From the IMG/VR virus record IMGVR_UViG_3300016486_001479: DNA of 36,099 nucleotides; one strand, given 5' to 3'. The notes beneath the pieces are model-generated. The model was given only the letters and a program-made list of their open reading frames with translations. It was not told the DNA's origin and did no database searches. This document shows positions 20,157-27,780 of the stretch, in pieces. Position 1 is the first letter of the stretch; each line of letters begins with the position of its first letter. A program made the position numbers and the translations under genes. This stretch comes from an uncultured virus (IMG/VR IMGVR_UViG_3300016486_001479) (lineage: Duplodnaviria > Heunggongvirae > Uroviricota > Caudoviricetes).

Positions 20157-20248
20157 AAGTTGAAGAAATAGGAGTGGTAGATACTTACGATTTAGAAATC
20201 GATAATGAACATCACAACTTCTATGCAAATGATATCTGTGTTTCAAAT
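20138..20248 (+). mobile_element. Split intein C-half 2 (37 aa)
   Basis: MFESIIEVEEIGVVDTYDLEIDNEHHNFYANDICVSN with +1 Ser; joining restores FNK-SHS. Confidence 0.96.
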
Positions 20249-21229
20249 AGTCACTCGGTTTCATACGCATACATCGCTATGCAAACTTTATACTTAAAGC
20301 ATTACTACCCAGTATACTTTTATACAGCGCTATTGAACGAGCAAAAGTCTTCAAACGCTGGAAAGGAGAAAGAAAAACAATGGCTGACTCAGACAATCAC
20401 CGCTGCAATATCTAGAGGAATCACTATAAAACCTCCGACTAGATTCTCAATATGGAGATGGTCGATGACTGGCCCCAACGAAATCACAATGGGTTTCTCT
20501 AGCATGACTGGGATGGGAGATATTGCTTATAAAGAGTTGAAAGATAATTTAGCAATAAAAGGGAAGAAATTTAGCGAAATATCTATGGCTGCTTTTTTTG
20601 ATATACCCTTCACTAAATTCAACAAGACTTCTTTTCGTTCTTGTTTACAAGCGGGAATGTTTGATGACTGGAGCACTTCTAGAGAATATTTAATGTTTCT
20701 AAGAGATAAAAACAGGAAGAAAAAACCTAAAGACGCTTCGCAGTTTGCAATGTTCGACATGGATGATATCGAGTACACTCATAGAATAGACCATTTAAAA
20801 TACGCAGCAACTTCCGATATTGAAAAGCAAGATGAATTTATGGGAGTATGTGGTTTTGATATGGAAGAAATTAATCGAGTTTCAATTATTCACACCCGAA
20901 TGGGGGAAATGAGTGACAAGTCGAAAGAAGCTATTCTTCCACTACCACATTATGCTGAAGAAGGTTTTTACTGGTTTATTATCAATGATATCTTATTTAA
21001 GAAAACTAAAAAAGGAAAAGACTTTATCTCTATACATGGAAGCGATGGTATTGACACTGTAAAGTTCAATATATTTTCTCCAATTAGTGAAAAACTTCTT
21101 CCTCAGCTACAGAAACAAGCTGTATACGTAGGCAAATTCAAACGAAACGAAAAAGGATTTTTAAACTTTAACGGAAGAGTTAAATTAACAACAGTAATGC
21201 ATGCATATGAAGAAACATTATTGGTTTGA
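20138..21229 (+). CDS. dnaE: Intein C-half + DNA polymerase III alpha fragment 3
   Basis: After a 37-aa IntC the extein begins SHSVSYAYIAMQTLYLKHYYP..FY.ALL; HhH-like GFSSMTGMG, AGMFD, QFAMF and a C-terminal OB-fold-like region. Confidence 0.95.
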   Translation: MFESIIEVEEIGVVDTYDLEIDNEHHNFYANDICVSNSHSVSYAYIAMQTLYLKHYYPVYFYTALLNEQKSSNAGKEKEKQWLTQTITAAISRGITIKPPTRFSIWRWSMTGPNEITMGFSSMTGMGDIAYKELKDNLAIKGKKFSEISMAAFFDIPFTKFNKTSFRSCLQAGMFDDWSTSREYLMFLRDKNRKKKPKDASQFAMFDMDDIEYTHRIDHLKYAATSDIEKQDEFMGVCGFDMEEINRVSIIHTRMGEMSDKSKEAILPLPHYAEEGFYWFIINDILFKKTKKGKDFISIHGSDGIDTVKFNIFSPISEKLLPQLQKQAVYVGKFKRNEKGFLNFNGRVKLTTVMHAYEETLLV

Positions 21230-21563
21230 CAAACACCTCTTGAATAACTTGGAGGAATCAAAAGAATCAGGCGGTATAATCGCATCAATAGGGACAACTC
21301 GGCGAATGCGAGCCAATGGCACGTTATTGTACAAAAACAGCATGATGCAAGACGGATGGGATTATTTTCCTCTTCGACTTGAAATCGACGGACAACCAAC
21401 ATTTAGATACGTTTGTGAAAATGATTTTCATAAGCTTTGTCGAGAATATAAGATGTACGATTTAGGAGCTATGATGAGGGTGTTAAATGTTTTACAACAG
21501 ACCATCGTCGTGTGCCCACATATAAAACAACAAGAGGACAACTCTCAATTTTACGACAATTAG
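21201..21563 (+). CDS. Hypothetical protein
   Basis: ORF overlapping the dnaE 3' end; no motif recognised. Confidence 0.65.
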   Translation: MHMKKHYWFDKHLLNNLEESKESGGIIASIGTTRRMRANGTLLYKNSMMQDGWDYFPLRLEIDGQPTFRYVCENDFHKLCREYKMYDLGAMMRVLNVLQQTIVVCPHIKQQEDNSQFYDN

Positions 21564-21642
21564 GAAAACGAGATATTATATCAAGACAAATGAAGGCGTT
21601 ATAGGTCATTTCCATTACAGGAATGCTTTAGACGCTCTGGCT

Positions 21643-22365
21643 TTGTATTACCTAATTCGAGGGCGATTCAAAAAATCCCCTGTAATTTATAATTTTTCCT
21701 GGAGGTCTGCTTCGGAAAAGCTTGGTATATCCGTTTCAATCCTTAGGAGATGTGTTCCAACGATGATTAAATGGGGTCTTGCTAAATTTCACCACGGCAA
21801 CCTCCAAATGGTCTCTCATAACAAAGTAGAAAAGCCAATTAACGGGCTCATAGTTAAACATCGATGCACGATAGATACACAAGGTAGAAATATCACCACT
21901 GTGTCTGAAATGAAGAAGCTGCTGCTTCTAAAATTAGTTGAGTACAAAGCAAGACAGATACATCACGTCCACTCTAGCCTTAAGAACGAGATTAGCAACC
22001 GCTTCAATGAAGTGAATAAAGAAAATCGTACTGAAATTAAGGGAGAATTTGTGAGCATGTCTGTAACGCTTATTTCCAATGAATTAGAAATTAGCAGAAC
22101 CCAATCTCAAACGCTAATACAATGGTGGGAGAAGATGAATTACATTGAAAGAATAAAAGGCCGAAAAAGAGCTGCACACATAATTGAGGGCACTTCTGTA
22201 AAGACTGTAATAGTACCTAAAAAAGCTAGGAAAGTTGTGGGAGAAATAATGAAAGAGAAATTCGGATACGGATACTGGTGGAAAAACTTATTCATTACCG
22301 TTGAGCCAAACTTTTTAGCATTCCTCTCATTTCCACTCAAAGCAAAGAGCGGCCCTGGTTGCTAA
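21643..22365 (+). CDS. Basic DNA-binding protein with two winged-HTH-like segments (start uncertain)
   Basis: SWRSASEKLGISVSILRRCVPTMIKWGL and MSVTLISNELEISRTQSQTLIQWWEKMNYI; the frame is open from 21526. Confidence 0.6.
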   Translation: MYYLIRGRFKKSPVIYNFSWRSASEKLGISVSILRRCVPTMIKWGLAKFHHGNLQMVSHNKVEKPINGLIVKHRCTIDTQGRNITTVSEMKKLLLLKLVEYKARQIHHVHSSLKNEISNRFNEVNKENRTEIKGEFVSMSVTLISNELEISRTQSQTLIQWWEKMNYIERIKGRKRAAHIIEGTSVKTVIVPKKARKVVGEIMKEKFGYGYWWKNLFITVEPNFLAFLSFPLKAKSGPGC

Positions 22366-22415
22366 GAATCATACGCTATTCAACACACTGTGGTTTTAGT
22401 CAAAGACGACAAATA

Positions 22416-22847
22416 TTAAGTGATAGAACCCCAGTCAAAAAGCGCTAATACTGATATAATAAAGGTTATTATTATACCGACAGCAACTCCAATCCCTACT
22501 ATGTAGCTTTTGTAGTCTTCAAGTTTAGAAATTCTTTCAATGAGGCTGTCTGTTGAATTTTTAACTTCAACTACATTTTCGTTAATTTCTTTAATCAGAG
22601 TCTTTATTCTTTCATCTACACGGGCTTGAAATTTGTAAGAGGATTTTTCTATCTCATTTTTAATTGACGTTACTCCTGATTTTAGCTCAACAATTTCTTT
22701 CTCTAGTCCTTTAAGTTTTGTTATCTCTAAATTACTATCTTGAATGCCTTCACGAAGTTTTTCAGAGCTTTCATTTAAACGTTCTAATTCACGAATGATG
22801 TGCTTTGACCATTCGTTCCATCCATTTTTTTCTTGGTTATCCGACAT
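22416..22847 (-). CDS. Coiled-coil protein with a single C-terminal transmembrane helix
   Basis: About 100 aa of heptad pattern followed by YIVGIGVAVGIIITFIISVLALF. ATG at 22847 (alternative GTG at 22853). Confidence 0.8.
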   Translation of the reverse strand: MSDNQEKNGWNEWSKHIIRELERLNESSEKLREGIQDSNLEITKLKGLEKEIVELKSGVTSIKNEIEKSSYKFQARVDERIKTLIKEINENVVEVKNSTDSLIERISKLEDYKSYIVGIGVAVGIIITFIISVLALFDWGSIT

Positions 22848-24063
22848 CTTCACTGTTATGTTTATCGTTATTTAACTCTTGGATTACCTTGCTAGACAAA
22901 ACAATATAGCTCACTTCTCCCTCTTCATTCAATATTGGACTTACTATGCTGCTTGCTAGCTTATAACCTTTTGTTTTATGCTTCCCTCTGTACTTTACAA
23001 TAAGTGTTTTTTTTGTATTCAAAACACTTAACATTTTTTTCATTGTTTTTTCTTCATCTTCTGGATGAATCAATTCTGATAAACTTTGTTTTACATGCTC
23101 TTCAGGAGCATATCCAGTATATTCTAAACAAGAGGGAGATATGTAAACCAAAGACGGAGGGCCATCGTTTATTTTATACACTTTCACAAGTTCACGAGTG
23201 TTATGAAGAATTTTCTCATATATTTCCCTGTTTATAAAAGCTTCTTTTTCAGATTTTATAACTTCTGTAATCACCTTAGTGCTAGTCCTTATTTCAGTAA
23301 TTTCTCCATTTTCAAGTATCGGCTTCGAACAAGACTCTACCCACACATAATACCCTTTTTTATGTCGAAGTCGAAACCTTGCAATTTGAAAATCTTTATT
23401 TTTCATCAAAGGTTTGTGTGATTCTTTTTTTATTCTTTCAACATCTTCAGGCAACACAAAATCATAAGCATTTTTTTCAACCATGTCACTTTGACTGTAT
23501 CCAAAAAGCTTTTCGTAAGAAGGAGAAACGTATATATAATTTCCTTTGGTGTCATGCAAGCAAATAGCTTCGTGACTACTTTCAGTTAAAACTTTGTAAA
23601 TTTTATCTTGTTTACTAATTTTTATAGCTTGTTGAATTTCTGTTGTTATGTTCGCACAAACGCTGTAATTAATCCCATTATTATCAGGAATTGAAGAATT
23701 CCATTTTAACCAAACGCTATGACCATCCTTATGGAGATATTCATTCACAAATCCTTCAATAACACTCTCAATACCTTTTTTTAGCTTAGTCAAAACAGCT
23801 TTAGTTTTATCAACACTGTTCGGAGAAATAAAAGACAATATAGGAGATGATAGCAATTCCTCTTCAGAGTATCCTAACCACTTGCAAAAAACAGAATTAA
23901 CTTTAATAAACATTTCATCTTCAACATTTGCTATACACATTCCAGCTGAAGAGTTTTCAAAAAAACCTCTAAACATTTTTTCTGAATCAAGAATATCTTT
24001 GTCGCGTCGATTAAGTTTTTCCGTGAGTGATTTAAGAAGTTCTATGTTAATATTGCTCTCCAT
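22837..24063 (-). CDS. Stand-alone triple PAS-domain protein
   Basis: Three PAS/PAC repeats: VN..FC.WLGYSEEEL...HKDG..VW; YVSPS...FGY....V.PED...RHKKG..VW; YISPS...TGY..EE...IHPED. Ends about 12 aa after the third repeat. Confidence 0.92.
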   Translation of the reverse strand: MESNINIELLKSLTEKLNRRDKDILDSEKMFRGFFENSSAGMCIANVEDEMFIKVNSVFCKWLGYSEEELLSSPILSFISPNSVDKTKAVLTKLKKGIESVIEGFVNEYLHKDGHSVWLKWNSSIPDNNGINYSVCANITTEIQQAIKISKQDKIYKVLTESSHEAICLHDTKGNYIYVSPSYEKLFGYSQSDMVEKNAYDFVLPEDVERIKKESHKPLMKNKDFQIARFRLRHKKGYYVWVESCSKPILENGEITEIRTSTKVITEVIKSEKEAFINREIYEKILHNTRELVKVYKINDGPPSLVYISPSCLEYTGYAPEEHVKQSLSELIHPEDEEKTMKKMLSVLNTKKTLIVKYRGKHKTKGYKLASSIVSPILNEEGEVSYIVLSSKVIQELNNDKHNSEDVG

Positions 24064-24091
24064 AAACGGCAAACTATTTTTTAATTTAAAG

Positions 24092-24141
24092 GTTTATCAT
24101 AAATAGGCAAACGAAACCATTTTGCCCTATTTATGATAAAC
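24092..24141. promoter_or_regulatory. 20-bp inverted repeat carrying divergent CTATTTATGATAAAC motifs
   Basis: GTTTATCATAAATAGGCAAA-9 nt-TTTGCCCTATTTATGATAAAC (one bulged C), between divergent genes. Confidence 0.7.
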
Positions 24142-24149
24142 ACAGAACG

Positions 24150-25225
24150 ATGAGCATGCAGAAGAAAGCCGCGTGGTTAAAGAAGCAGATGTATAAAGAC
24201 TTGTATAAAGACCAGCATGAGATAAACAAGAAAAAATATATGGAAGGGCAAGCTGCGGCAATGACCAAAAAGATGACCGCCCCAGAAAAGAAATTTGAAA
24301 AGATGATGAAGAAGATAGGGTGTGAATTGCGAACCTCAAAGAATTCTTAACGNNNNNNNNNNNNNNNNNNNNNNNNNNNNNNNNNNNNNNNNNNNNNNNN
24401 NNNNNNNNNNNNNNNNNNNNNNNNNNNNNNNNNNNNNNNNNNNNNNNNNNNNNNNNNNNNNNNNNNNNNNNNNNNNNNNNNNNNNNNNNNNNNNNNNNNN
24501 NNNNNNNNNNNNNNNNNNNNNNNNNNNNNNNNNNNNNNNNNNNNNNNNNNNNNNNNNNNNNNNNNNNNNNNNNNNNNNNNNNNNNNNNNNNNNNNNNNNN
24601 NNNNNNNNNNNNNNNNNNNNNNNNNNNNNNNNNNNNNNNNNNNNNNNNNNNNNNNNNNNNNNNNNNNNNNNNNNNNNNNNNNNNNNNNNNNNNNNNNNNN
24701 NNNNNNNNNNNNNNNNNNNNNNNNNNNNNNNNNNNNNNNNNNNNNNNNNNNNNNNNNNNNNNNNNNNNNNNNNNNNNNNNNNNNNNNNNNNNNNNNNNNN
24801 NNNNNNNNNNNNNNNNNNNNNNNNNNNNNNNNNNNNNNNNNNNNNNNNNNNNNNNNNNNNNNNNNNNNNNNNNNNNNNNNNNNNNNNNNNNNNNNNNNNN
24901 NNNNNNNNNNNNNNNNNNNNNNNNNNNNNNNNNNNNNNNNNNNNNNNNNNNNNNNNNNNNNNNNNNNNNNNNNNNNNNNNNNNNNNNNNNNNNNNNNNNN
25001 NNNNNNNNNNNNNNNNNNNNNNNNNNNNNNNNNNNNNNNNNNNNNNNNNNNNNNNNNNNNNNNNNNNNNNNNNNNNNNNNNNNNNNNNNNNNNNNNNNNN
25101 NNNNNNNNNNNNNNNNNNNNNNNNNNNNNNNNNNNNNNNNNCTGGAAAGAGTATGGGAAAAAGACATCAATGAAAATTACAGTTCTGTGTGTGAGCATTT
25201 TGAACAATACAATAAAGAACAATAA
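24150..25225 (+). CDS. Vsr/DUF559-like endonuclease spanning a gap (probable +1 sequencing error at 24318-20)
   Basis: A.AM.KKMT.PEKKF, then in the +1 frame EPQRILN. After the gap, LERVWEKDI...* with TAATG overlap. Could be two genes. Confidence 0.6.
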
Positions 25226-25647
25226 TGAACAACGAGTCATACATACGAAGCGAAATTCGCAAATACTTATTGGAGTATTCTAATATTGGGGCAGATAATG
25301 GCGAGGAGCTAGAATATTCTCCAGAATCAATTGAGGATTTAATTGCTGTGGCTCAGCAGCGAAAAAAAGACCAAGAAAAAAGTCTCAACAGCTTAAAGAA
25401 GCAGCAGGGTATTCAAGTGCATCCAGATAAGTCAATCAACACAATGATGAAAAAAACTGATAAAACAAAAATGGATGGCATTGAAGACGAAATTGAGTCA
25501 ACTGATGACCAGGAAGAAGAACTTGGCAGAGTTCTTGCCACAATGGGGAAGATGAATCAGCAAAATAAAGACTATAAAGACAGGGTCAACCAGATGTCAC
25601 AAACATCTTCTCAAGTAGATTTGGATTCAAGTATAACCAATACTTAA
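25225..25647 (+). CDS. Hypothetical helical, charged protein
   Basis: 140-aa ORF coupled to the previous stop. Confidence 0.7.
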   Translation: MNNESYIRSEIRKYLLEYSNIGADNGEELEYSPESIEDLIAVAQQRKKDQEKSLNSLKKQQGIQVHPDKSINTMMKKTDKTKMDGIEDEIESTDDQEEELGRVLATMGKMNQQNKDYKDRVNQMSQTSSQVDLDSSITNT

Positions 25648-25679
25648 AAAACCTTTATTTTATTTTTTTTAGAACTCCA

Positions 25680-25687
25680 TATTTATA
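25680..25687 (+). promoter_or_regulatory. Putative late promoter TATTTATA
   Basis: 22 nt upstream of ATG 25710. Confidence 0.55.
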
Positions 25688-25709
25688 GCTGAACATAAAT
25701 ATTCAATTA

Positions 25710-26765
25710 ATGAGTGAGAAAATAGAAATTGGCAAAAGAAAAGACAACCCTGTCAAGACCGATGATACATTTGAAAATCTCTCTGAAAGAAATGTTGACC
25801 CAGGAGAGGTTAGAGCTATAATTCAAGCTTTAAAAGACCAAGGAACAGAAGACAAAGACATTCCTACTTTGTTAACCAAAATGGGAATCCCTAAAGACCA
25901 AGCTGAAAAGTATCTAATGATTTCAAAAGCGGAGTCAGCAGATAAGAAACAAGAGGAAGAGGCGGAAAAAGCACAGGTCGCAACTAGAAACAACATTCGA
26001 GCAGAAGACGTTGGGGATTTCTTCCAGGCACCAACCGAAGAAATTGACCTCCCGTCTCGTGGATACTTTTACAAAGGAGGAAAATCTACCGTCACAATAA
26101 AGCATCTTACAGCAACAGAAGATGACATCCTTTATGATATAGGTTTGATTCGAGCTAACGAACAATTAGATGCGCTCCTCGATGCATCTGTCATAGATAA
26201 AGACATCAGACCAATAGACATGCTAACGGGCGACCGCAATTATGTTTTGATTCAACTTAGAAGAACTGGACTTGGCGACGATTATGAGCCAGGCCCAAGA
26301 GCATGTGGCAGCTGCGGCAAGGCACATGCTCCAATAGTGGATTTATCAAAGTTAAAAGCAAACGAAGTAAAACATAAGCCAGATGATATGGGAGAGTTTT
26401 CACTTCAAATGAAGCAACTTAAAGTCCCAATCAAGTTTAGACTGTTGACAGGAGCAGATGAATCCATAATCAACAAGTATGCACAGCAGGATTTTAAAAA
26501 AGGTAGATTTAAGATTTCAAAATCACTTACCCACAAATATCTTCTTCACATCATGGAAGTAAATGGGAAGCGCGACAAGGTGTATATCAAAAGCTATGTG
26601 GAGGCTATGCCAATGCAAGACTCTAAGTATTTCCGAGATGAACTCAAGAAAATTGAGCCAGGACTAAATATGGATTATGATTTCGAATGCCCAAGTTGTG
26701 GAACAGTAGAAACCAAGCCAATCCCAATTACTCTTAAACTATTTTATCCAGACGCAGAATTCTAA
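25710..26765 (+). CDS. Baseplate hub assembly protein (T4 gp26-like), with N-terminal extension
   Basis: DLPSRGYFY, LTA..DDIL, GDRN..LI.LR...G.DY, CxxC, FRLLTG.DE, MP..DS...R, PG....FECPSCG. Confidence 0.8.
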   Translation: MSEKIEIGKRKDNPVKTDDTFENLSERNVDPGEVRAIIQALKDQGTEDKDIPTLLTKMGIPKDQAEKYLMISKAESADKKQEEEAEKAQVATRNNIRAEDVGDFFQAPTEEIDLPSRGYFYKGGKSTVTIKHLTATEDDILYDIGLIRANEQLDALLDASVIDKDIRPIDMLTGDRNYVLIQLRRTGLGDDYEPGPRACGSCGKAHAPIVDLSKLKANEVKHKPDDMGEFSLQMKQLKVPIKFRLLTGADESIINKYAQQDFKKGRFKISKSLTHKYLLHIMEVNGKRDKVYIKSYVEAMPMQDSKYFRDELKKIEPGLNMDYDFECPSCGTVETKPIPITLKLFYPDAEF

Positions 26766-26767
26766 CG

Positions 26768-27655
26768 ATGGAAAATTATCGACCATACTCTATGGTGAAT
26801 GTTCCATCGCAAGGATTATATTACCCAGAAAATAAATCATTCTTTTACGTCAGATACCTTTCGTATGAAGAAGAGTACATTCTTACAGACCAAACCATCA
26901 TGGAAAATGGAGATGGTCTTAGAAAAGTTCTTGAAGCGGTAATAATAGATGATTTTGATATAAACAAACTTGTCCCTGGAGATGTGCAAGCCATTTCTAT
27001 GTTTTTAAGGTCCACAGCTTTTGGAGATAAGCTTGACCTTAATATTCGTTGCCCTAAATGTAAAAAAGAACAAGAGGCAAATGCTTACATCTCTCAATTT
27101 AAAATGAAAGAGGTTGAGCAATTTCCAGATAAAGGTCAGATTTTCAATTTAGAGCTCCCCGTTTCTAAAAAGAATGTAAAGCTTCGAGTTCCAACATACG
27201 TCGAAGAGGTAGAGGCTGAGCGCGAAGGAAAAATAGGGTTTACTAATAAGCTCGGACGAATTATAGTGGAGATTGGAGGCCTCAAAGACCCTCGTGAAAT
27301 AAAAGGAGTGGTTCCCAACATGCCTATAAAGGATTCTAGGTTTCTAAAAGACTTTTTAGAGAAAAACACACCAGGCGTAAAAACAGAAGTGGACCATGAG
27401 TGTGAAAGTTGTCATCACGAGTTTAAACAAAAATTTTCTACAGACCATAATTTCCTTAAATTACCAAACAGTTATCGTCAAGGAATGATGGAGCAAATAT
27501 TCAATATTTCCTACCATTCCCAGGGCGGGGTTTCTTGGTCAGAGGCAGTAAAAATGCCGACAGTTGAGCGTATGTGGCTGATGAATAGATTGAAAAAGGC
27601 AATTGATGACAGAAATTCACAAGAAAGAAAGGCTGCAAGCAAAAGCAATCGCTAG
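26768..27655 (+). CDS. Second gp26-like protein fused to a gp51-like/tail-chaperone C-terminal domain
   Basis: VPSQGLYY, GD..AI..FLRSTAFG, two CxxC motifs and MPIKDSRFL, then YR....EQIF...YH..GG.SW.....MP..ER.W. Confidence 0.75.
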   Translation: MENYRPYSMVNVPSQGLYYPENKSFFYVRYLSYEEEYILTDQTIMENGDGLRKVLEAVIIDDFDINKLVPGDVQAISMFLRSTAFGDKLDLNIRCPKCKKEQEANAYISQFKMKEVEQFPDKGQIFNLELPVSKKNVKLRVPTYVEEVEAEREGKIGFTNKLGRIIVEIGGLKDPREIKGVVPNMPIKDSRFLKDFLEKNTPGVKTEVDHECESCHHEFKQKFSTDHNFLKLPNSYRQGMMEQIFNISYHSQGGVSWSEAVKMPTVERMWLMNRLKKAIDDRNSQERKAASKSNR

Positions 27656-27696
27656 AGCTAGTTTTATTCGTACAATTCGTTGGTTTCAATTCAAAA

Positions 27697-27757
27697 CTAT
27701 TTATGATAAACTTATAAAATCTTTGTATTGTAACAAAATACAGATTCTGCCGTATAT
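27697..27757 (+). promoter_or_regulatory. Tandem putative promoters: CTATTTATGATAAAC and TTG-N20-CGTATAT
   Basis: Third exact copy of the 15-mer at 27697-27711; TTG at 27728-30 and CGTATAT at 27751-57, upstream of ATG 27781. Confidence 0.5.
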
Positions 27758-27780
27758 TGTTAATAAGACAAACATAAATT

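Noticed and set aside
22837..24063. LOV photoreceptor or full histidine kinase
   Set aside because: No NCRFLQ motif and no H-box/HATPase domain.
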